Made by a program: the position numbers and the translations under genes. Source: Kiritimatiellia bacterium (lineage in GTDB: Bacteria > Verrucomicrobiota > Kiritimatiellia > RFP12 > UBA1067). Taken from it: a stretch of 64,000 nucleotides of DNA. Within the stretch, counting starts at the first letter, position 1. Each line of letters begins with the position of its first letter. The notes under the pieces were generated by a model, which was given only the letters and a program-made list of their open reading frames with translations, did no database searches and was not told the origin of the DNA. Where the stretch lies: assembly GCA_028686345.1 (NCBI GenBank), contig JAQUCE010000011.1, positions 1,355-65,354 on the forward strand, in the 5' to 3' direction. Positions 1-7,921 of this stretch are shown here, one piece after another.

Positions 1-71
1 GTGGAAGAATTCACCATCAATACGACGATATTTTGACATTTCACTAGTATTAACAACGCTCCAAACAGCCA
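1..71 (-). CDS. 5' end (23 codons, MAVWSVVNTSEMSKYRRIDGEFFH...) of a gene that continues past the window start. Possible partner or specificity subunit of the adjacent R-M enzyme
   Basis: ATG at 69-71 on the minus strand sits immediately after the stop (72-74) of the R-M gene, so the two are tightly coupled in the same orientation. Identity was not established from 23 residues. Confidence 0.3.
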
Positions 72-2801
72 TCACTCCACCTCCCAAAAATTAAAATTAT
101 TTTTCTGGGCAAAGCGGACAAAAGCCTCAGCAATGCAGAGCTGATCTTCGGGGATTTCCGATGCGACCTTCAAATCTTTGGCTGTCAGCCCATAATTCAC
201 CAGATCCTGATTGATAATCGGCTGACCTTCCTGTGGATGACCATCAGGAAACTCCATGAAATTGCCGTTTTCATCAGTCATGTGTTCATAGTCGCCAGAG
301 TTGTTTTTCCCGCCTTGCTCGCTGACTGCCATAAAGATTGGGTAATCGAGTTTCTTGGCAACTTCGGCATCTATCCACCGATTTTTTAATGAGCCAATCA
401 GTTCATTGTCTTCAAGGATGATTTGAAGTTTCCCTTTGGTTGTGAGTAGTTTTAAATTATATTCAGCCTCTGGTATAGCGTATTCAAGAGATTTTATGTT
501 GGCCTTTAACCGCTTCTGTGTGCTCTTTTGCTTCTCTTTCAGAGTCCTCTCTTCTTCCTTATAGCTTGCTCTTATGGCTTTTTTGTCATCTTTATCAGCG
601 ACTGCAAGCTCTTGGTTTCTCTTAAGAATAAGTGCTTCACGATCTGAATCAAGATCGATCAATTTTTGTTTCACCTTGATAAGCTCAGATTTTAGTGAGT
701 GTATCTTCTCCTGCGCTCCCTCAATCCGGTCTTCATTATCCAGGGTGCTGGCACGGTCAGCCGCCTGCAGCATCTCATCCTCGCTTTCTTCCGACTCCTC
801 AATCTCCGCATCTTCAGCTGCAAAAGTTTCCAACAGCAACTCTGCAATTGCATCCGGGATCTCTTCCTCCGGGATATCCGTGTCATACAGTTTGTTAGTT
901 ATCAACGCATGAATCATCTTCTCGTAATCAGGACAATTCGCCGCTACGGTTTGTTTGACCAATGTGATATTCGCCAGTTCCGCATCGGTATATTTCTGTA
1001 TAAAAAGGACCGATGTTTTAGTTCCGGTGTGCGGCTTGAAAGTGTTGCCATGCAAACCAACAACGGCAAGCAGACGAACCTTTCTTAAAATCCATTCGCG
1101 AATAAACGCGAGGGATGAGTTATTAAATTTTCCTTGGGGTAATACGATAGCAGCTCGACCGCCGGGTTTGAGGAATTTCAGAATCCGTTCAATAAATAAG
1201 ACATCGCGCTCTTCCTTTGCCTGCTTATCTTTCGCGCGTTTTAATGCCGGCTTTGCCAAATCGTAATAAGCGAGCATTTTCTTGTCTTTCATCTCTCCTG
1301 CAAATGGCGGATTAGCAAGGATTACATCAAACTTCAGTTCATCAAAATATTTCCATGCTAAATCCTGATCCCTCAACAAATTTGATTCATCAGCAGCTGT
1401 TACCTTCTTTTTCAACAATTTTGCATCCCTGAGCCCTTGCATCAGCTTTTGCCCTGACTGTGTGCTGTACCAGGTTTTAGGATCAAGACTGTTTACATCC
1501 GGGCCGAAGATATTGGTGTGGCCGTCTCCGGCAATTAGCATTAAGGCACGGGAGGTTTTAGCGGCTCTCATTTCAAAATCAACGCCCCAGAGATATTTCG
1601 CTGCATATCTATGCTTCCGAGATTCACGCTGTTCGCTGGTCACCGCAGGGTAGCACCAGTCTATTGCATGTAGCAGGAATCCTCCAGAACCACACGCGGG
1701 ATCCATCACAAATTCATTTGTTTTTGGATTCAGCATCCGAACACACATCTCCACCACATGGCGCGGAGTAAAAAATTGTCCCTTTTTCTTTTTTGCCTCT
1801 GTTGGCAATAGATATTCAAAAGCATCGTCCATAATGCGAAGATTTGAGCCCATCAGGCGTACGCCTTCAATTGGACCAACACAAACGGCGAGATGGTCCT
1901 TTCTGAGTTTTATATCTTCGTTTTCATCAAATATTCCCGACCACTCCTCCGAAGCCTTGTGAAAAAGTTTGTTAATGCGGTCATAGGTAATTTCAGGGTC
2001 GATAGATTTTCTAAACTCAACCTCTTGGTTTTTACGGTTACGATTTTCGAGAGCTTCTTTTTCATCCCAGATCTTTGCAAATATCAGTTTGAATATTTCA
2101 TTGAACTCGTCCACACCACTGTCAGCAAGCACCAGCTCTTCTAAATCCTGAACAATTTTCTTGAAATTAAAGTTATTTTTGAGGTGGGCTAATGTTTTTT
2201 TAGCTTCCAGCACATCTTTAGGTAGCTGTCCACGCTTGGGAATATCAACAAGAGTATCATCAAAATCTTTTGGATAAGGCCGATATAGAATAATGCTGTC
2301 ACTGCCGTTTGACCAAACAGCAACAGGCGCGCCTTTTGACATCATATAGCTTTTTAATTGCTCAATACCATCTTTGCGTTTCGGTTTTTTAACCTCCACA
2401 ATAATTTTTGGTGTTTGCTTTGTAGAATCCGTGTAAACAACAATATCCGCCACCTTTGCATTGACCTGAGTTCCGAAATGGACATTTGTTTCAACATCAA
2501 TTTCTTCCGTTTTGTATTCATAAACATGGAGGAGTTTATATAACCACAGCTGACGGACAATCTCTTCTGGATTTGATTTGCCATCTTCTGAAAAAACTTG
2601 CACTTCCTCCTTGCCGCTGGAAAAAGGAACAAAACTTTTCACGAAATATTTAGTTTTTCCCGCGTCACGCCCGAAATCAAGGGTTTTCGGAAAGATGTTG
2701 ATGATTTCATGGACTGGTTTGCCCAATGTTCCAAACTCGGTCAATTCATACTGTGTTGCCGGATCTTTAAATATTCGTTCAATTATCTCTTTTGTCTTCA
2801 T
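72..2801 (-). CDS. Restriction-modification enzyme: N-terminal PD-(D/E)xK nuclease (type I HsdR N-terminal-like) fused to a gamma-class N6-adenine DNA methyltransferase, with a long charged coiled-coil C-terminal region (Type IIG/IIB-like)
   Basis: 909-aa ORF. Motifs: ADIVVY...KIIVEVKKP (nuclease D...EVK), FFTPRHVVEMCVRM, DPACGSGGFL (SAM-binding motif I), NPPFAG (motif IV). GC is about 40%, against about 58% for the window. Confidence 0.8.
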   Translation of the reverse strand: MKTKEIIERIFKDPATQYELTEFGTLGKPVHEIINIFPKTLDFGRDAGKTKYFVKSFVPFSSGKEEVQVFSEDGKSNPEEIVRQLWLYKLLHVYEYKTEEIDVETNVHFGTQVNAKVADIVVYTDSTKQTPKIIVEVKKPKRKDGIEQLKSYMMSKGAPVAVWSNGSDSIILYRPYPKDFDDTLVDIPKRGQLPKDVLEAKKTLAHLKNNFNFKKIVQDLEELVLADSGVDEFNEIFKLIFAKIWDEKEALENRNRKNQEVEFRKSIDPEITYDRINKLFHKASEEWSGIFDENEDIKLRKDHLAVCVGPIEGVRLMGSNLRIMDDAFEYLLPTEAKKKKGQFFTPRHVVEMCVRMLNPKTNEFVMDPACGSGGFLLHAIDWCYPAVTSEQRESRKHRYAAKYLWGVDFEMRAAKTSRALMLIAGDGHTNIFGPDVNSLDPKTWYSTQSGQKLMQGLRDAKLLKKKVTAADESNLLRDQDLAWKYFDELKFDVILANPPFAGEMKDKKMLAYYDLAKPALKRAKDKQAKEERDVLFIERILKFLKPGGRAAIVLPQGKFNNSSLAFIREWILRKVRLLAVVGLHGNTFKPHTGTKTSVLFIQKYTDAELANITLVKQTVAANCPDYEKMIHALITNKLYDTDIPEEEIPDAIAELLLETFAAEDAEIEESEESEDEMLQAADRASTLDNEDRIEGAQEKIHSLKSELIKVKQKLIDLDSDREALILKRNQELAVADKDDKKAIRASYKEEERTLKEKQKSTQKRLKANIKSLEYAIPEAEYNLKLLTTKGKLQIILEDNELIGSLKNRWIDAEVAKKLDYPIFMAVSEQGGKNNSGDYEHMTDENGNFMEFPDGHPQEGQPIINQDLVNYGLTAKDLKVASEIPEDQLCIAEAFVRFAQKNNFNFWEVE

Positions 2802-3329
2802 GTAAGCTTTTCCCTCTCTGTTCTCTTATATTAACAACAGCATGATTTAGTTTACTGATCTCTACCGTATTCGACATCCCAGCAATGTACCAAGAGCACG
2901 CCGTCGATTGTGACTTCATCAATACAGATCTCGACTTCCTCTTCATCATAGTCAAAATAGATGTCGTCGCATTAAAGCCATGTCATCTTTGACAGCGTCA
3001 CATCGGAAAGTGTTTGCCCACAGGCTGAGTATGTCTTGCAGCAAATTGTTTCTCCTGTTTAAAAGATGTATAGATAATCTACTGTTTTGATGATTATGTC
3101 AATTGTTTTGATGCGGTAATTGTTGTCGGGCGCGAAGGATCGCCATAGTTTGCGACGTAAAAGCTGCGTGCCATAAAATGCTGGCCAAGGCTTGCCGTAT
3201 ATTGGTATTGTAGCTTGAACTTTAGCGAAGTCGGAACTAGGGGTCATTTTATGCGCTTCTTGATGCCGATTCCGATAGCGAGTTATAAGCAAAGGAAAAA
3301 ATCCGGTTGACGATAGCGGCGACGATGCT

Positions 3330-3900
3330 GGTGGACGATTTCCCGCGTGATCCCAACCGTCCACCAACATCGTCGCACAACATGGTCGGTCGTGTTATGA
3401 TTTAGTTCGTGAAAGGCGCGCCATGGGATTTCATGATCTTTGATTGGCTCTGAGAGCCAACCCTACAGTTTCAACTTGAGTTAAGCTTGCAAGTCGCACG
3501 ACATGCGGAAGTGCGTGAGCAACGTAGGTCCGATTTCCAATCGGACATCGCCGGTTGCCAACCATATCACTGGACATAGGGGGTCAAAACGATTGCACTT
3601 TAATTTTCGAAACCACAAGGAACCTAGCGCAACATAGCCGCCTGTCTGCGTGCAACGCACAGGCAGGCAACCAATTTTTTGCCACTGAGACACTGAGGGG
3701 CACAGAGGGTACGCTGGTTATTTTTTAGGTAGAAAAACAGAGGGGTAGAAAAATGGAGAGCGTAATAATTTTTTGCCCGCGAATTAGAGTGCGTGCCCTG
3801 CTGATCACTCGCGTGCCACCCGCCGCCGCCCGCATAGCGAACGACTGCCTGCTCCGCACCTTGCGGAGCAAAGTCAACGCGATACAAAAAAAGCGCATCA
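3330..3900. repeat. Composite intergenic repeat, copy A, inverted relative to the copy at 7250-7900
   Basis: Segments read in the window: ...gtggacgat..cgcgtgatcccaa.cgtccaccaacatcgtcgc (3340-3395), ccatgggatttcatgatctttg (reverse complement of 7436-7457), cactggacatagggggtcaaaacgattgcactttaattttcgaaaccacaaggaacctagcgcaacatagccgc (also 20715-20772 and 30633-30690 inverted), gccgcccgcatagcgaacgac. Confidence 0.5.
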
Positions 3901-3927
3901 CCGGGAGGTGACACGCTATGCTGATAA

Positions 3928-4002
3928 TGGCTCCGGCGACTGGATTCGAACCAGTGACCAAGTGGTTAACAGCCACCTACTCTACCGCTGAGCTACGCCG
4001 GA
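3928..4002 (-). tRNA. tRNA-Asn (anticodon GTT), 75 nt including 3' CCA
   Basis: Reverse complement reads TCCGGCGTAGCTCAGCGGTAGAGTAGGTGGCTGTTAACCACTTGGTCACTGGTTCGAATCCAGTCGCCGGAGCCA. This gives a 7-bp acceptor stem, D arm, anticodon loop CTGTTAA, T-loop TTCGAATCC and a CCA end. The 135-aa plus-strand ORF 3918..4325 over it is spurious. Confidence 0.85.
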
Positions 4003-4035
4003 TTAAAATTCTATTCCTGTTCAAAAAAGGAAAAG

Positions 4036-4068
4036 ACAATTTACTATATCAGATGCACTCTGTCAACG
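4036..4068 (-). promoter_or_regulatory. Candidate sigma70-type promoter for tRNA-Asn in the AT-rich spacer (minus strand TTGACA-17nt-TAAATT)
   Basis: Minus-strand reading cgTTGACAgagtgcatctgatatagTAAATTgtc lies about 30-60 nt upstream of the tRNA 5' end. The spacer 4003-4112 is AT-rich. Confidence 0.3.
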
Positions 4069-4112
4069 TTGATCTTGCAAAAATCTTTTTTTGTTGTGGT
4101 AATCATCAATTC

Positions 4113-6053
4113 TCAATAATACGGCATCCCGTGCCGGGTGCGCATCAGCTCCGGGCGGATCTCCTTGATAAACCGGGAGACATCGCAGGGCATGACTCCT
4201 CCATCGTACAAACGGCGCATGCGGGGCGACATCAAAACCAGCTCATTCTGTGCGCGGGTGACCGCCACATAAAACAGCCGCCGCTCTTCACGGTCATCTT
4301 CACAGTCGCCAATTGCCCGGGCTGAGGGAAACATCCCCTCCACCACCCAGATAACAAAGACCACCGGCCACTCCAGCCCCTTGGCTTGGTGAATTGTGCT
4401 CAGGTGAATCTTGTCCTCACTGCTGCGCGCGTTTTTATCAAACTGGTGATCCACATTGGTCAGCAACGCCACCTCTTGCAAAAAATCCTCCAACTTGGGC
4501 GCACTCGCAATCTGCACGGTCAGCTCTTCAATATCCTCCCCGCGCTTATCAGCATTTTCATAGGTAAGGTTGAGATACTCCGTGTAAAAGGCGTCGCAAA
4601 AGCCCTCAATGGCTGCGCGTCCTTGCTCAGCCAGACCCTGATCATAGATTTGCGTCAGAAATGCGTCGATCGGCGCCCACTGCCGGAGAGCGGCAGGGCG
4701 CAGATTTTTCATGAGAGTCGCGCGCTGGACAGGATCTCCCAACTGGAACGAGTGCCCTAGTTTTTCCCACAGCCGCTCGGATGTTTTCGTACCGACCCCG
4801 CTCAACAGACAAAGCAGGCGCGTGAAAGCGATGAAATCCCGCTGATTAACAATCAACTGCAGCAGGGCCAGGACATCCTTGATATGCGCCTGTTCAAAAA
4901 CACTGATGCCCGAGGTGATGGAGTAGGGAATCCCGTTGCGTCCCAGGGTCAGTTGCAGCTCAATGGAATGAAAGTGGGCGCGGTAGAGTACCACCATATC
5001 GCGCAGCTTATAGCCGTCGTCCTGATAGCGGTGAATCATTGAGAGCACCCCTCCGGCCTGCTCATTGCCATCACGCAGGAAGAAAACCTGCGGCTTATTT
5101 TTTGAGGCGCGCGTGGGCCGCAGCGTTTTTTGAAATTGATCGGGGTTGCCCTTGATGCTCTCATTGGCCACACTCAAAATCTCAGGCACACTGCGGTAAT
5201 TCTGCTCCAACTTCACTATGGCGCAACCAGGCCAGCGGTTTGGAAAATTCATGATGTTTTTAAAGTCAGCGCCGCGCCAGGAGTAGATGCACTGAAAATC
5301 ATCGCCGACTGCCATCACATTCTTATAACCAGCGGCCAGAATATCGACGATCTTGGCTTGCAGCCGGTTGGTGTCCTGATACTCATCCACCAGCACATGT
5401 TGAAACTGCTGCTGATAAAGGGCGCGCACATCCGCGCACTCGGTCAACAGGCGCAGTCCATTCACCAGCAGATCATCAAAATCCATGACCTCCATCTCGC
5501 GCTTGCGTTGGATATAGAGCTTGACCACCTCCACGGCCTCGCCTCTCAAATCAACGGGTAACGCGGCAGCTGCCTCAACCACCTCTTCAATCTCCGCCTC
5601 GGAGTTGGCTGCCTCGCTGATCCATCCGCCGACCACATCCTTTTTCGGAAACTCCTTCACATCCTTGACGCACTCTTTGATACAGCTGTCGATCAAGGTG
5701 CGCGAGTCATCCTGATCCAGGATTCGGAACCAAGGTTTATAGCCCAGCTTGTGGCAGAAGCGACGTAAAAAGCGGTTACAGATATGGTGGAAGGTGCCGC
5801 TCCAAAGAGCGCCCACATTGCCGCCAGCTATTGCACGCGCGCGCTCAATCATCTCGTTGGCAGCGCGATTGGTGAAGGTCAGCAACAGGATATTCTCAGG
5901 ATCCACCCCCCGCTCCATGAGATAGGCAACCCGGTAAACCAGCGTGCGGGTCTTGCCTGTGCCAGCCGCGGCCAGCACCAGCAAGGGGCCGTCTTTGGCG
6001 GTCGCCGCCTCACACTGCTCCGCGTTTAAAAGTTCTGCATAGTCAATCATCAA
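4113..6053 (-). CDS. Superfamily-1 ATP-dependent DNA helicase, UvrD/Rep/PcrA family
   Basis: 646 aa. Walker A AAAGTGKT, LLLTFTNRAA, VDEYQDTN, and a C-terminal UvrD-like helicase region (QAKGLEWPVVFV). Confidence 0.85.
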   Translation of the reverse strand: MMIDYAELLNAEQCEAATAKDGPLLVLAAAGTGKTRTLVYRVAYLMERGVDPENILLLTFTNRAANEMIERARAIAGGNVGALWSGTFHHICNRFLRRFCHKLGYKPWFRILDQDDSRTLIDSCIKECVKDVKEFPKKDVVGGWISEAANSEAEIEEVVEAAAALPVDLRGEAVEVVKLYIQRKREMEVMDFDDLLVNGLRLLTECADVRALYQQQFQHVLVDEYQDTNRLQAKIVDILAAGYKNVMAVGDDFQCIYSWRGADFKNIMNFPNRWPGCAIVKLEQNYRSVPEILSVANESIKGNPDQFQKTLRPTRASKNKPQVFFLRDGNEQAGGVLSMIHRYQDDGYKLRDMVVLYRAHFHSIELQLTLGRNGIPYSITSGISVFEQAHIKDVLALLQLIVNQRDFIAFTRLLCLLSGVGTKTSERLWEKLGHSFQLGDPVQRATLMKNLRPAALRQWAPIDAFLTQIYDQGLAEQGRAAIEGFCDAFYTEYLNLTYENADKRGEDIEELTVQIASAPKLEDFLQEVALLTNVDHQFDKNARSSEDKIHLSTIHQAKGLEWPVVFVIWVVEGMFPSARAIGDCEDDREERRLFYVAVTRAQNELVLMSPRMRRLYDGGVMPCDVSRFIKEIRPELMRTRHGMPYY

Positions 6054-6158
6054 TATTTTTCCAATCTGCTGTCAGGCATTGAACGTACAGCTCACTCCGC
6101 TTGTGCCGTCAAAAGCGTAACAAGGATAGCATGACAGCTGAACTTAGTGAATGCCGAA

Positions 6159-7094
6159 TTACCGCAAATTAAAGATAATGGTCAGGCCGGCGGAAGATTC
6201 GACCGGCTTGGAGCCGATCTTTCCAGCTGCGAACTGCGCCTTTTGCACAGCCTGTTTGGCTGCCTGGTCCAACTCCGGAAATCCGCTGGATTTTGTGATC
6301 TCCACCCTCAGCGCCTCGCCCTCCACGCTGATGCGAACACTGAGGGTCACGGCACCCTCTTCCCCGCGCCGGCGGGCGCCGGCCGGATACACAGGTTTAA
6401 TGGTTTTGCGTGGCCGGGGGGGCACATCAATCCGGGCTGAGGCCGCGCCGCTCTCCGGAGTATCCGATGCCAGTATCTCGGGCACTGGCGCGCGCGGCAG
6501 AGGGCGCTGTTCCGGGGTTTCTGCGATATCTGCCTGGCCCCTCTCCGCTGCTACCTCATGGTTTGGCTGAGCCTTCTCCGGGGCTGGTTTAGGCTCTGGT
6601 TTAGGTTCAAGCTTAGGTGCGGGCTCAGGTGCAGGCTTGGGCTCTGGCGGCGGCTCTGGCGGCGGAATTGGTTCTGGCTCGGGCTCGGGCTCGGGCATTG
6701 GCGGCGGCAGCTCGGGTAACGGTTCGGGCTGCGGCAGCTCAGGCGGCAGCTCAGGCGGCAGCTCAGGTAACGGTTCGGGCGGCGGCAGCTCGGGTGGCGG
6801 CGGCACTACCGGAGGCTCCGGCGTCGGCTTCTCCGGTTCCGGTTTTACCTCGGGTTCCGGTTTAGCTTCAGGCTCCGGGTTCTCTGGTTCAGGAGACGCG
6901 GGGATGTGCTGCGGTGGCGGAGATGGCCGGGAAGCTTGATCAGCGTTTGAGAGGTTTAGCTCAACTGCGCTCACCTCCAACTCCGCCAAGGTGATTATAG
7001 TCGGCGAAGTCGTCTGATTGGCGATCATCAGTATGCCGATTACATGCAGCAGAAGGGTCAGTATAAAAAATGGTGTGTGGTTGGCGAAAAACAT
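6159..7094 (-). CDS. TonB-family energy transducer (N-terminal TM anchor, Pro/Glu-rich spacer with PEPEP/PELPPELP tandem repeats, TonB C-terminal domain)
   Basis: 311 aa. N-terminal hydrophobic helix, about 130 residues of PE/PK-rich repeats, and a C-terminus VYPAGARRRGEEGAVTLSVRISVEGEA...ITKSSGFPELDQAA typical of TonB_C. Confidence 0.7.
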   Translation of the reverse strand: MFFANHTPFFILTLLLHVIGILMIANQTTSPTIITLAELEVSAVELNLSNADQASRPSPPPQHIPASPEPENPEPEAKPEPEVKPEPEKPTPEPPVVPPPPELPPPEPLPELPPELPPELPQPEPLPELPPPMPEPEPEPEPIPPPEPPPEPKPAPEPAPKLEPKPEPKPAPEKAQPNHEVAAERGQADIAETPEQRPLPRAPVPEILASDTPESGAASARIDVPPRPRKTIKPVYPAGARRRGEEGAVTLSVRISVEGEALRVEITKSSGFPELDQAAKQAVQKAQFAAGKIGSKPVESSAGLTIIFNLR

Positions 7095-7249
7095 AGTGCT
7101 ACGTTAATTTTCGTGTTTTTGTACATGTGTGGTCTCTAAAAACATGTTGTCAATGGGCCAATCCTAATCTTTATCGCATGTAATTCGCTGTAGTCGAATT
7201 ATCACTAGGCCCTTGCGGGATGGAAAGAACAATTAATTGTTCTTTCCAC

Positions 7250-7900
7250 AAAGTTGTCTATCGGGTGACAGCTCATAGCCTCTGGCGTATTCGCATCTGC
7301 CGCATGACCTTCAAACTTCACTCAGTTGAAAATGCAGGGTTGGCGGAACTTGTCCGGCGTAGTTCCGCCATGCAACTGCATAGCCCCGCTTGCGGGCGAA
7401 GCCGGGTTGCGGAACGAAGACGGATGAGCCAAACAAAGATTATGAAATCCCATGGCAAGCCTTTGACGACCAATCGCCCGGCATCCGCTAATTGCTTCAT
7501 CCTCCTTCGCCAAGGCTACGGCGGACACGATGGAAGCAACACTACACCCCGGGGCGCGCCTTTCATGAGACTGTTGCAAAATGCCGCTGGTAGAGCGGCT
7601 ACTACGCTGAACGACAACCCTTGCACTCCGCAGTGCAGCGCGTTTGTAGTAGTCGCTCTGCCAGCGACATCGGTTGACGACGATGTTGACCGACGATTGG
7701 GATCATGCGGGGGCTCGTCCACCAGCATCGTCGCCGCTATCGTAAACCGAAGACGCGGCTGACCATACTGCGTGACTTGATCAATCGCATGCCGCCCGCA
7801 GTCGCCCGCATAGCGGACGACTTCCTTGACCCGCGCCTTGGTTTCCAACCGCTAATTTCTCAGCCAGGACGACGACCTTCCGCACGCCACACAAACTCTT
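7250..7900. repeat. Composite intergenic repeat, copy B, between tonB and the pseudopilin operon
   Basis: Modules shared with other intergenic gaps: cttgcgggcgaagccgggttgcgg...gatgagccaaacaaagattatgaaatcccatggc...gccgctggtagagcggct...aacccttgcactccgcagtgcagcgcg...gcgacgatgttgaccgacgattgggatcatgcg..gctcgtccaccagcatcgtcgc...gtcgcccgcatagcggacgacttcc. The same modules recur at 30690-31230, 23460-23700, 42950-43170 and 30205-30290, and inverted at 3330-3450. Confidence 0.55.
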
Positions 7901-7921
7901 TTGGTTGCCCGGCCAGCTGCT

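Noticed and set aside
3059-3370. 103-aa minus-strand ORF in the R-M/tRNA gap
   Set aside because: It spans the junction of low-GC unique DNA and the repeat copy, with no start context or recognisable fold. The shorter frameshift-split ORF at 2855-3045 closer to the R-M gene is the only coding-like signal there and is reported as a finding instead.
3918-4325. 135-aa plus-strand ORF (MLIMAPATGFEPVTKWLTATYSTAELRR...)
   Set aside because: It is a translation of the complementary strand of tRNA-Asn and the AT-rich tRNA promoter region, with no coding support.
4113-6053. Considered whether the UvrD-family helicase is a defence-system component (Gabija/Nhi/DISARM-like)
   Set aside because: It has a standard housekeeping UvrD/PcrA motif set and length. 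No partner nuclease, ATPase or methylase is adjacent on its side of the tRNA, and its GC matches the chromosome. It is treated as a housekeeping helicase.
6617-6939. Gly/Ser/Ala-rich ORFs (82 and 100 aa) on the plus strand
   Set aside because: They are mirror images of the Pro/Glu-rich tandem repeats of the TonB linker, i.e. low-complexity antisense artefacts.
7220-7762. 180-aa ORF and neighbouring 60-110-aa ORFs (7318..7848)
   Set aside because: They lie entirely within multi-copy repeat DNA. The same peptide strings (..AAGRAATT.NDNPC.PQCSA.., ..DDVDRRLGSCGGSST..) reappear at 23407..23598, 30214..30546, 31066..31281 and 42958..43185 because the DNA is repeated, not because a gene is.
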